DNA from: Gracilinanus agilis
Taxonomy: Eukaryota
NCBI RefSeq assembly: GCF_016433145.1
Contig: NC_058134.1
Coordinates: 97,280,924-97,344,923 of the forward strand
DNA: 64,000 bases
Reading direction: 5' to 3'
Position numbers and translations under genes: made by a program. Positions 1-18,400 of this stretch are shown here, piece after piece (position 1 is the stretch's first letter; every line of letters begins with the position of its first letter). The notes under the pieces are model-generated. The model was not told where the DNA came from. It worked only from the letters and a program-made list of their open reading frames with translations, and ran no database searches.

Positions 1-52
1 CCATTCCCCCCCCACTCACAACTCTAGCTCTCCCCCCTCCCCCTTCGCTTAC

Positions 53-400
53 CCGCTTGCTCCAAGATCCACTCCCCGGGGATCCCGGGGGTCTCACTCC
101 CTTCCTGGGCGCCCGCGCGCGCTCCCGGCAGCTCCCCCTTGCCCACCCTGGGGCGCGCCCCCGCCTCTCGGAACTTCTCCCAACTCAACTTTCCCCCGCG
201 CCGCAAGCAGGCCGGCCCCTTGCGTGCGCGCCCCCTCCGTGCCGTGCGCGGCTCCGCCGGGGGTGTGTATGTGTAAGGGGGGGAGGCATTAGAGCCCGGG
301 AGGAGAAGATGTGCACAAGGGAGGGGGAGGGGGCGCGCTTCCAGGCACAGCCCGGCACTGGCCGCTTCGGGCGGGGCAGCGGGAACTCCCCCCTCATCCT
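53..400 (-). other. SLC4A2: Probable 5' non-coding first exon / CpG-island promoter of SLC4A2 (AE2), head-to-head with CDK5; coding exons lie beyond the window start
   Basis: CpG/GC-rich block at about 55-400. Minus-strand donor CGG|GTAAGC with the exon ending at 53. Identity is inferred from human synteny (SLC4A2 is divergent from CDK5); no coding sequence is visible. Confidence 0.45.
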
Positions 401-1057
401 CTCCGGCCTATCCACGGGAGGATGGTACAGGCCACTCCACGGGACTTCCCTGGAGTTGGGATGTCAGACACCCACGAGACGCTGACTCCTAACCTGGTCA
501 CTCCAGCTTTGAGGCGTGTGCAGGGAGAAGGCGTTATCCTTATGTGAGAGTTTCAGGCAGAGAAATCGAGGCACAGGAAAGGCAGGGTGGGCGTGCGTGC
601 GTACCACTAGCCCTCACATCTGAAGCTGAGTTTGCCTCCCAGCCCCTCCAAAATTATCTCCCTTTCCTCAAGGGGACGGGCTCAGGTAGTCCCTCCTCCA
701 CGAAGCCTCCCCTGAATTCCCAGGAGCCGACAGTAATGATATCTCCCTCTTGCGAATTCGTACAGCATTCTGTACTGTCCCTAATCACTTATCAGACTCT
801 TAAGTTGTATCGCAGTTCTTTTTGCAGGTCTTATCTCCCCAAACTGCAAACTTCTGGAGGAAAGAATAACTGTGCCTCCTACGACTTTGTATCCCGCGGG
901 CGGCAGAACACACAGCAAAAGTTTGCAGAAGGAGGTCTCTAAAGAGGAGCAAGGACAGACGAATGACCTGAAGCCAGCACCGAGCAGGAAATAACGTTAG
1001 GAGCTGCACGGAAACTTAGAGGTCATCAAGTCTGACCGCTTTTGGGTGGGGGGAGCG

Positions 1058-1060
<3 letters not shown>

Positions 1061-1110
<50 letters not shown>
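1061..1110. repeat. (TG)25 microsatellite
   Basis: Uninterrupted TG dinucleotide run. Confidence 0.98.
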
Positions 1111-1112
<2 letters not shown>

Positions 1113-1879
1113 CATTTTTCTTTAAACATTCTTTTTATTTATAACCTTTATTTTTACATTATTTTTCTTTTCAATTGTATCCTTCCACCCTTCCCTATCC
1201 AGAGAGCTATCTCTAATAACTTGTCACCAAGATTTTAAAAGGGAGAAAAAAGTAGTTCAGTAAATGGAATCCACACATCCACAGGGCTTGATAGTATATG
1301 GAACATTCGGAAGCCATAGTCCCCTCCCTCTGCCAAGAAGCATCCTACTTGTGGAAAAGGAGGCTAAAAGCCCAGAGTTGGGGTGGCTTGTTTAGACAGT
1401 TAGCCAAGATTGAAACCTATGGCTTCTGCCTGCAGACTGGCACTCGACTTGTGGAGAAGCCTTAGCCTAGGGAAACCTACTTCCTGTTCTGCTGGTAGAC
1501 AACTGTCTTTTGTGTGTCATTAATTCTTAGTCTCGCTCTGCCTCTTGGGTATACACCCAGCCAGTGAGTAGCCCTAGGAATGGCTAGTATAACTGGTAAA
1601 CATTTGGGTTATTTAAGCTTTGCACATAGGCGACTGTGACCAACTATTTTGTATCAGCATTGAGGGCAGATCTGCCCTTGGTTTCTGTCTTGTATCCTCA
1701 TCAAGGTCCAGCATAGTTTTTTTATACATAGCTGACACTAGAATCAGTCTCTTATGATTTAAAGTGAACAGGATTTAGTGTGTAAAGACTTAGATTAAAT
1801 TCCAACATTACCATTCACTACCAGGGCAAATTTGCAAAAGTCCCAATCTTTGAGGGCTTTTTTTTAATCTTTAAAATGT

Positions 1880-2900
1880 AAGTGGTTAAACTAGGTGGCC
1901 TCTAAGGTTCCTTCCAACTCTGCATCTGTGCTGAAAAACCAATGGACATGAGTCAAGAGACTAAACCTGCAGGCCCTACCACTTACTTTCCTTATCTGCA
2001 AAACAGGGATAACATCTGTCCTGCTTAGCTTCCAGAGTTGATATGAGGATCAAATGAAATGTGTGGAGTAGGTCACTTTGTAAACTGAAAAGTGTTATAC
2101 ATGTCAATTATTATTACATATTTGTTGGAAAAAGAGCAAAGGAAAGAAGTAATGTACCAATTAACATACATGAGTATATGCTGTAATGGGAACAGCACTG
2201 GACAGGAAGTCAGAAGACCTTAATCTAGTCTCAGCAGTTAAGATTACAGAATCATAGGGCTTGAAGAAAGAAGCTATCTTCAAACTCAAACTCCCTCATT
2301 TCACAGATACGAAAATCAGAAAGCACTGAGGTGAAATAATTTCACCACTTTCCTACTGGACATAAATAACCAGCCTGGAATTCTAACTCAGGTCTTGTGA
2401 CTCTAAATACAGTGAGTGCTTTTCCTACTATACCATTCTTTATGACTTTTGAACAAGTGACATAATGCCCCTGAGTCTCAGTTTACTCATTTGTAGAATG
2501 AGGTTAGTATTTCCCTTTTCCACCTGGCAGTTATTGAGAAGATCAAATTTAATTATGGATGTGAAAGCAAGTTCTGGAAGAATTCAATAATAAAGCCATA
2601 AACATATTATTTACTATAGCTTACAATATAATTAAATATTGATTTATACCTATTAAATACCTATTATGTACAAGATATTGTGTTAGATATGTACAAATAT
2701 AAAATAAGAAACAGTCTCTGCTCATAAAGAGCCTATACTTAATTAATTTGGTATTAGTGAGGTAGATAGCCAGATTTTGAGTTGGGAAGACCCGAGTTCA
2801 ATTTTGGCCTTAGGCACATATTAGCTTCTGGAAAATTTAACTAATAGCACCTACTTCATAGGGTTATTATGAAGATCAAGTAAGATATTTATAAAGTATT
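1880..2900. mobile_element. Cluster of degenerate MIR/CORE-SINE fragments in both orientations
   Basis: Repeated MIR core words, e.g. actttccttatctgcaaaacagggataac, ctgagtctcagtttactcatttgtagaatg, cctcatttcacagat and ctacttcatagggttattatgaagatcaa. Confidence 0.7.
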
Positions 2901-3502
2901 ACAAAAATGTTATCTATTTTTATTTAATGTAATAGCTGTCTGTGCTCCTAATTCTGGGGTTCCAAAAGAGCTTATTACATCCTGGCAATCACCCCCAGAT
3001 CTCTTTGTTTCAGCTAACACCCTATTTCACCTTCAAACAGACTTTTCTAGATTCCACCTATTAAAAAAAAAGAGAGAGACTGAACTTTTCGAATTCTGTT
3101 ATTCTAAGTCTGAGACTTCCTAGGGGCATCCTGGGATATCCTGGTTTCTTAAAGGCCCTTCTCCCTAGTAAAGTTGGAAGAATAGTAACAGGAGACTCCC
3201 AGAAGGAGGGAAGCAGATCTATGGAGGAGGGAAGGGGAGTGGTGGTCTTCTGTTCTTGTGATCGGCTTGTCACTTTGAGGTCAAACGGTCAGCCTAGGTG
3301 TCAGCGGGACAACACCAGGGATCACTTGCAGTAGAAGTGGGGGTCTAGAGGAAGGGGGTGGGTAGGAATAGCAGAATAATCTGGAGGTCACCAGGAGATG
3401 TTTCACACATTGCTCTATCAATCTAACTCCAGTAATGCTAGAGTGGCTCTGGAGCAAGCTCTAGACTAGCCCTCCGAAACCAGGGCACCCTGGACTACCT
3501 AC

Positions 3503-3522
3503 TGCATTCTGGGACATGTAGT
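3503..3522 (-). promoter_or_regulatory. ZNF143/SBS (ACTACA-TCCCA) motif
   Basis: Minus strand reads ACTACATGTCCCAGAATGCA, matching the known ACTACAnnTCCCAGAATGC motif. Confidence 0.8.
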
Positions 3523-3944
3523 CCCAGAATAGACCGCGATGGCGGAGAGAGGAAGGACTTTTGGTCGCGATGCATGATGGGAGCCGAGGCGCTGCGACGG
3601 TGACGGCCCCGAAAAGGCGGATCCAAAAAGGCTTTCTGGGATTTGAAGTCCGGGGTTTGTCTCCACTGTCCGGCTGGCGTCCCTGGAGTCCAAGGCAGGC
3701 GAGTCCTGGCGCAGAGCACGCCGGGGCTTGTAGTTCTGTGGCTTCCGCTAGCTTCACTTTTTCTCTGGGGCCAGGAAGCCTCCCGGACTTCAAAACCCAT
3801 AATCCACGCATAGGCGAGCAAGAGGGCAGACAGGCAAGCGGGGCGGGGCGCGGCCTGGGGGGACTCCTTGGAGCCTCCTCCCCAGCTGAGCCGGGGTCTT
3901 AACCTGGGAGCCTGGGGCTCGCCGGGGACCCCGTGGTCGCCGTG

Positions 3945-10452
<6,508 letters not shown>

Positions 10453-10857
10453 TCAGGGGTCTCCTTTTCCCTTTCCTTGTCCAGAGAACCAAGCTGACTA
10501 CCCTGGACCCCTCCTCTAGGCCCCCAGATTGGGAGCTGCTCAATGCTGGCCCATCCTGTTCCCTACCTACCCAGGGACCTCAAGTTTTGAGGCAGGAGAA
10601 ATAGACCCTGGAGGAAGCAAAGGGGTTTCCGGCTCCTTTGTCCTCTTCTCTCCCCTGGCCCTTCCCCAGTCTCCCCCACCCCATCAGAAAAAGGGTAGGG
10701 GTGGGGATGGTGCTATGCACTTAAGCTCTGCTATTTGGGCCAGATGTTTGGGGTCAGCCTTGGTGGGGTTAGGGGTGTGAAGGATGGATGCCAGCTGGAG
10801 CCCCTGTCCCCCCATTTCCTGTGCTCCTCCTCCTTGTGTATGGATTTTATTTAATTT

Positions 10858-10863
10858 CATAAA
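10858..10863 (+). terminator. CDK5: Probable proximal CDK5 poly(A) signal (variant CATAAA)
   Basis: U-rich ttttatttaatttCATAAAttgg about 400 nt after the stop, followed by a GU-rich tract at about 10905-10930. No AATAAA lies closer to the stop. Confidence 0.55.
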
Positions 10864-11478
10864 TTGGCTTCTTTCCCACAATCTAGGCTTATGTCATGAG
10901 GGAAGGCGTTTGTGTCTTTCTGTTGTAAGCATGGGTATCAGAGGTGGCATGAAGATTGTGTGACCTCCACCCCCACTTTACTGACATCACCAGTCATTTG
11001 TCTTCACCCACTCACTCTCCCATCCCTGCTTTTTTAGTTCAGGTGTCCAGTTCCTCCTAGGGCCCAGTGAAACCTGTCCTTCAGAAGAGGGACTAGCCTG
11101 GTTCTGCTCTGCCCACCAGAGGGCAGAAGTCAGAGCACTGGGTGGAAATTAGAGACTAGTTTTGGGTCATCAAGAAGAAGAACTTTCCTAACCAATTGGA
11201 ACTAGCCAGAAATGGGATGGGCTGCCACATCCTCCTTGGAGGTGTTCAGGCTGTAGTTGTGCTGGGGGTGTTGTACAGAAGATTCCTCCTGTTCAAGTGC
11301 TTGTTGGCCCAGTGGGTTCCCGAGGTCCCTTTGACTCTGAGACTGCTATGGAACCTGACTTGAGGATGAACCTTAATGCTTGGCTTCTGCCTGAAGGCTG
11401 GGAGATGTACAGAGTCATCCTGAGCTAGTACTGGTTGGGAGTAGGGTGGGTTTAGGGCTGAAAAAAACAAGAGTTCTC

Positions 11479-11492
11479 ATTTATTAATAAAT
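11479..11492. terminator. Palindromic back-to-back poly(A) signals ATTTATTAATAAAT
   Basis: AATAAA on + at 11486-11491 and on - at 11485-11480, between convergent CDK5 and ASIC3. Confidence 0.45.
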
Positions 11493-13646
11493 AGTATGGC
11501 TTTGACTGCATTGTACCCTGCCCTCTCCCATTCACTCCACATCATGGCTCAAAGTGGGAGGGCCCTGGGATGAAAAGGTCAGATATAGGCCCTCTGCTAC
11601 TCCCCAACACTGCCAGGGAAGTCCTAGAGCCCTCTGACAGATTGGTAGGAGTATGTGGCCAAGTCTAAGTAGGAATGTGGAAGGTGGGAGTGTAACTTTC
11701 TAGATTTTTCGTATGGTATTCTTATTCACTTTTCCCAGGGTATTTTTGTGCCAAAGAGGCCAGCTATGAGCTCAATGTGGCTCACTGAAGTCTAGAAGTG
11801 ATTTGGGAAGAGGATGGATTATTTTTCTATTTTCAAAAGACTATTTAATGGAAATCCTATCTAATTCAGAAGATGCTTAGTACTAAATATTATACACAGA
11901 ATCAAGCCCTCCAAGACAGGATAGTAGGTCTTCTTAAGCGGCAGAACTAAGATTGGAACCCAGGCCTCCAGAGTCATTGTCCAGTCTCTCCCTTTGCCCT
12001 CCAGTGAGTCAATGAAGATTTATCAAGCATATGTGCCAGGCACTGTGCTAAAGACTGGAGATACAAAGTGACAAAAGACAGTCTCCGCCCTCAAGGATCT
12101 ACCCCAAACTCTTTGTTTCTAAATACATCGCAACTCCACCGTACTATCTTCTGTCTTCCTCCTTACCCACCCCATATTTCTGTAACTGGACCTGATTGAA
12201 AATGAAGACAGCTTGATGCTTTTTCTCCAACCTTTGGAGAGGTGAGGTGGAAGAGCTGTGCTCCAAACCTCATACCATTCTTTCCTAAGGCTCCCAACAA
12301 TCTCACCTCCACCTTCCCTGCTCAGAACCCAACTCCTAGCAACCTTAGCTTTGGGTCCCAGCCATAAGCATAACTGTGTGTGACCCTGGCCAAGTCACTT
12401 AACCTTTTCGTGTCTTAGGGTATAAACAACAAAGACTATATTTTAGAGAAGACTAATCCTCCGATCTGTGATCTGTGATCTGCGATCTGCGTTGGTAAAG
12501 GGAAGTCCTGTCCCTATCCCTTTCTGAGTTTCTCACATCCCCCAGGGTCATCCATCTACCATGATGCCCTTTCCCAATAACATTCCTGATTTTTTAGGCA
12601 TTATGTCCTCAATGTCAAAAATTTCCTAGTTTTGATCAACTCATATAAAACTGAAAAAGTGGAATAGTTTGGCAGAAAGAGAAATGAATGACAAGTCTCA
12701 GCTCTGATGCCTTCCAACTATGTAACTGTGGACAATTTGCCTTAATTATTCAGGACCTCCATTTCCTCATCTATAAAATTGGAATGATAACAATACTTGT
12801 ACTTGTGCAGAAAGCACCTTGTATGTTCTTGAGGGTTACAAAAATATGTATAAAGTGCTATAGAAATGAATATGTGGGCAGGATACATCAAGACATCGTG
12901 AAATCCCTCCCATGAATTCTCCCAACATACAGAACTCCCTCCCCACCCTATTGCCACTGGATAATGAGACAGGCTGATTGGTTTGCAGCATTGAGAGGCT
13001 AAAGCCCTGCCTCCCATGCCAATCCCCAACATCTCGACTAGTCATCATAGGGTGTAAGAGACTTCTACTGGGGAGCTTTTAAGGCATCAAACTTAGAACT
13101 TACAGTGACAAGTTTTAGGGAAAGAAGTGACAGCTTATGCTTAGTTTCCAAACTGTTTTCCAGCAGTTAGGTCTAAAGCTGATGATAATCTCTGACTTCC
13201 AGGTTAGAGGAAAAAGTAGCCAGGGAGAGGATACGAGCCACTGTTAGCAAGAAATGAGAGGAAGGTGTAGCATCTCTCACCCCCAGGTATTTCTTGGGAT
13301 TACCAAGATAGTAGCCTATAGCACTCAAAGTTGTCTTTGCCCCTTCCCTTGGTAATAAGTGTAATGTATTACCCTATCCTGGGTTGGGAATTGGGGGAGG
13401 GAAAGAAAGAGATTTGACATTTTTAACAAAGCATTCAGCCTAAATTAAGTTATGATGGTAGAATTTCAGGCAATGCAACAGGACACTAAGACATTTTTGA
13501 ACAGAAAGGCCTTCCCTCCACTCCTGAAATTTGGTATTCTCATATGTAAGGTCTGTCCAAGCCAGTTTCCCATGTTATCCATAATTCCCGGTGAAACAGT
13601 CACTGTCATCCCAAACAGCCATCTTGGTCTCATGCCAGTTTGGAGC

Positions 13647-13652
13647 TTTATT
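13647..13652 (-). terminator. ASIC3: ASIC3 poly(A) signal AATAAA
   Basis: TTTATT on + lies 70 nt past the ASIC3 stop codon. Confidence 0.75.
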
Positions 13653-13721
13653 TGGAGCAGGGCTAGCAAGGTAGGTACATGCAGGGAATGGAGCCCCAAT
13701 GGGGCAACAGATTGGACCTGA

Positions 13722-16700
13722 CTAGAGTCGAGTGACCAGGTAGCAGGTCCGGTGTGAAGTAGAAACAGTCCTGGTGACAGCACAAGGTGGAGTGGGAGGC
13801 CTAGGAGGGGGTAGGATAACACATCTGGGGGTCAGTTAGGACCAGATGAAGCTTGACATTTGCATACATTCCCCTCCACCCCAACTCAGGCTTGCTTCTT
13901 TGACTTCCCCTTGCTCACATACTTCCTTGGAATGGAAGGAGAGGCACCAGTCAGAGTCCCCTTGTCTTGACCAGGGGGTCAGGAGGATGGGATGGGGTGA
14001 TCTCTCATTACCTGGGGATAGAGGTGAGGTGGGGTCCTGGGCTTCGGTGGATGTCAAGTCCTTGTTGGAGCTGTTGTGTGGGATATAGGAAGATATGAAC
14101 AGGAATGGTAGCCAAATATTGGAAAGAAACCCTTTTCATTCTACTATTGAGGAAACAGCCCTGGAGGAATGAAATGTCTCCACCTAGGTCACAAAGCTAG
14201 TAAGTCCCTGAGACAAGACTTGCACAGGTTCTTGGTTTCTAGGCTGGAGAATTTTATATTTCACCTCTGATCCCTACCCCCAGAACTGCCCCTGCCTGAT
14301 GTCAGTCACCGAATAGCCAGCCTTAAGGTCCAATTCTTTGTTTTTCTGCAATTCTCCTAAGTTCAGACTTGCAGATGACTCAAGAATTTTTCTCCTGTTT
14401 TTGACTGGAGGAATTTGAAAGATGAGGAACTCTATTCAGGAAACTGGAAAGAGGGCAGCTTAACAAGACAAAATGTGTACATGTTTGTATGAAGATTGAT
14501 TTATACTCAGAGCAGGATGAGTGAAAAGAGCATTAGACTTGGATCTATAAGGGCTGGTTTCAATTCTTGGCTGTGATACTAATTAACTGTTCTACCATGG
14601 GAAAATTAAGAGCTTCAGTTTCCTCATAAAGTTTGGGCAATAATATTTGTACTCCCTGCCTCATGGATTTATTATGAGAAAATTCTATAAACTCATACAT
14701 CTAGAAAATTTATTATTAGTGGTATTACCAGGCTGTCCCTGGGCCTCTTCTGTGACCTCCTATTTTGAAAGTAGCCAAGAACCCTGTCTTGGAAAACCTA
14801 AGAGAAGAGAGAAATGGCATGGAATATCCTGGTCTTATCTACTCCTCGGCCCATTATTCTGTCAGGTCCCTAGAACCCATCCCAGTTCCTCCCCAGGCAT
14901 ATATTGGGCTCCCAATCCACCTCAAAGAGAAAATCCAGGATCTCCAGAATGGTCAGCAGACTGGCACCAATAAATAGCCCCATTTGGCCTCCGATATCAC
15001 CTTGGAGGGAAGAGACACCAGTAAAGCCATTCTGCCCTCATCTCTGCTTTTCAGCCAGTGCTAGCCTCACCTTGACCCAATGAGACTCATTTAGGCCACC
15101 CCTTTCCCCAGATCCTATCCATTTTCAAGACCATTTGTCTGGAGTCTAGATTCTGTTCCCACTTCCCAAGTCCCATCCCTCACCCAAAAGATCAGCCACT
15201 TCATAGGCTTTCTGCTGTTCCACGGTTTCATAATTAAGGGCCTCGAAGAAGATGTCTAGCACCAGAACATTTTCCCTGCAGGAAGAAGTGACCAACTGAG
15301 AGACACTTAGATCCTTTTGTCCTTGGTCAAAATCAAGGACTGCTCCTTCCTTGCATGCAATCCCAAGTATCCAGAGAGGAATGAGTCACCAGGTTAGCCC
15401 AGGAAGTGTGTAGGGTGTGTGTGTATGTGTTATGGGTGGGTGGGTGTGGGTGTATTTTGAGTCCACTGCTAGAAGGAAGAGTTGACCAAGTGTAGTCACG
15501 TCAGTCTCTACCCTCCCCCACCCAGGGAATGAACCCCCGTGTATGGGAGATTCATCCCCAGGTGTGCAGGTGTGCCCGTGTTGCAGGAGTAGCTCCAAGT
15601 GTGTGGAAATATGTGCGTGTGCCTTAGGTTGTCTGTCGCCGCTCCCCACACCTTATTCCTCAACTTTCGGGGCAGCAGTTTCTCGGAGACTGTTCCGGTG
15701 TGTGTTGCGAGAGTCTCCCCGCGTGTCTGAATGTGTTCCATTTTGTGTCCCCCCGCCCCGTTCCGGGATGTTTACTTGCCTAGGCGGTGGGGTGGGAGGT
15801 GTTGGAGCGGAGGAGGGTCGTGTTGTAGGAGTTCTTTCTGGTGTGTAAACGCTGGGAGATCCGCCTAGTGTGCAGGGGTGGTTTGAGGGAGGCGGTCCCC
15901 AAGTGCACCTGCGAGTCTTTGTTTTGGGGCGGGAAGTGACTCACGCTATGTACTGCTCGCTGCGGTTGTATTTCTTGGCCAGGTAGCTGGCTGAAGCGCG
16001 ACTGGGAATTCGGACCATGGAGAGCTCCTTTGCGTAGCGCGTGCTGGCGCAGGCGTTGGGGCAGGGGCAGCTCAAGTCCTTCCGCACCATGCTGCCTAAG
16101 GGAAGAAGGCCACAGGAATGCAGGGGTCTGGGGTCAGGGCGAGGCGTGTCGCCCGGCTCAGCGGAGACCCGAAAGGAAGCGGGAGATCCCGGGAGACAGG
16201 GAAGTCACAGGGTGGGTGGGGAGAGGTCGGAGGTTCCATTTGGAGAAGTGGGTTGGGCACATGTAATTCTCCAACATCTCTCAGCGTGCTAGTTGGTCGG
16301 GGGCTCCTTACCGAGGGCAGGTCTGGCACAGTCCTTGTACTGTTGGGGGCTGCATACGGGGGCACTGCCTGTGTGGGGAGTGAGGTGTTATGACTGTGTC
16401 AGATTCCAGCTCTTCTCAGAGCCCTCTAGTCTTTTCCCAGTTTTCTCTGCTTCATGAGGGCACAAGGATTCTCCCTAACCCCAAAACTGTCCTCTGAGCC
16501 CCCCACTCTTGCCACGACCTCTTACCGGGCATGTACATCATGCGGCAGCCACACTTCCGAGACAAGTATTTAGTCTCACAGACCTGGTGACAGCCTGCGA
16601 GACTGTAGACTGAATTAGGGCTGGGGCTGGGATTAGATGGGTTTAGAAGATCTGGAGAATCCATGATGAAGTCGGGGTCCAAAGACACAGAGCTACAGTC

Positions 16701-17424
16701 CCCCCAGGGCTGTGGTAGGAAAGACAGCTAGAGCAGAAAAGGAGTTAAGGAGGAGCAGGGAAAGAAATGGAACGAGAGGGGTGTGTGTGTGTGTGTGTTG
16801 GGAAAGAGAGAACATGACCTCTATCCTAGGGAAATGGTTAGGCCATCCCTAGAATATGTGGATGGGGACAGAACTGAGAAATAAAGAGGAATTCATGTAG
16901 AGTCTGTCCAGAGGGATAGGGAAGATTTTGAGTCAGAGAAGTTGGGAACTGGGAGATCTGGAGGGGTAGGTCTAAGGTGCTGGGCGCTGAAGGCTTTGGA
17001 CTTGGAGGAGGCAGGGTACTGAGGTACAAGAGGATACTTGCTGCTTTTGGCAGGACACAAAGGTCTGGTAGCCTGGGGCAACCCCAAAACCGAGCTGTTC
17101 AATGGTGGGTGGCTCATTTTGGCTATGAATCTGCACTCGAAACCCTGCTTCATATGGAGTTTCATCTGGAGTGGGGAGAGTAAATGGTGGTGGTGGGGTA
17201 AAAGCTCCTCTTTCCTCTGAGACTTTAGCCCCATTATGGACCACCATTGGTAATCCTTTGGATTCCTCCTAAGGACACTTCTAGTCTAAGCCACTCTCAT
17301 CTGAGGAGAGGAAGAGCTCTCTCTGGCTCTAGTCCCCTTGGTCTAGTATGCATCCCTTAACCCCCTCCCCACCAGATAGTGACTTTTGCTGGAGTCCTGT
17401 CCTCTTCAAGTGTCCCTATCACTG

Positions 17425-17457
<33 letters not shown>

Positions 17458-18327
17458 CTTGCCTTCCATATTAGAATCAATTGGTTCTAAGTCAGGAAAC
17501 AGTAAGGGCTAGGCCACTGGAGTTAAGTGAATTGCCTGGGGTCACCAGATTGGAACCTCCCATCTTTAAGCCTGACTCAACCCACTGAGTCACCTAGATG
17601 CCCCTTCCCTATTACTATTATAAAGACATGGCATAAGAATTGGCATTCAGGGTCAGGCTCACACTACCCTTCTTTTCCAACCCAAGATTCTATTGAGTCT
17701 CTTACTCCCCCATAAACTCACCTTCCCATCAGCCAACATTCTGCTTTTTGACAGGGTCATCAAGGATGAAATTTGGAGGTTGGCATGCCTGAGCCCTCTG
17801 ATTTCAATCTCACAGTATAGGAATAAGCCTGACCACTTGCATCTATCATTTTTCCAGATCCTTGGGCCTCTATTATCCATTCTTTTCCCTTCTCCTTTAC
17901 TGAGCCTTGTCCCATACTTTTATGCCTCATCTCCCATATCTGGTTGTTTCTTTCCCTTATTACTGATGCATCATCCCCTTTTCTCTCCCACCACCTCTAT
18001 CCGTAGGTCCATCTGAACCTCCCAGTCTTCTCTCAGAGCTTCCATACCAGTCCCCCTTCTCTCTTGGCCTCTGAGCCACATACCTCTGTCCTTCCACAGG
18101 GGCAGGTATTCATCCTGCTGCACTGTCAACATTATCTCCAGCCCATTGCCAGCACCTCCTTTAAAAGTTGTGAGGATCTCAGCTCCATCAGCTCCTGAGT
18201 TAAAGGTGAAACACCGACCCAATCTAGTAAAGACCTGGGGAGAAAGGAAAGACAAGGACAGCAAGAATGGGGGAGGGACCAGAGTGATATTGGGGAACAA
18301 GAAAAGCCTAGAGGTAGCCCAGGTTCT

Positions 18328-18400
<73 letters not shown>

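Noticed and set aside
24-547. Several overlapping 60-142 aa ORFs on both strands
   Set aside because: GC-rich CpG-island sequence is depleted of stops; no recognisable protein, and SLC4A2 coding sequence should start outside the window.
844-928. 10-bp inverted repeat CTGCAAACTT / AAGTTTGCAG, 65 nt apart
   Set aside because: Several such pairs are expected by chance in 64 kb, and the intervening sequence does not extend the pairing.
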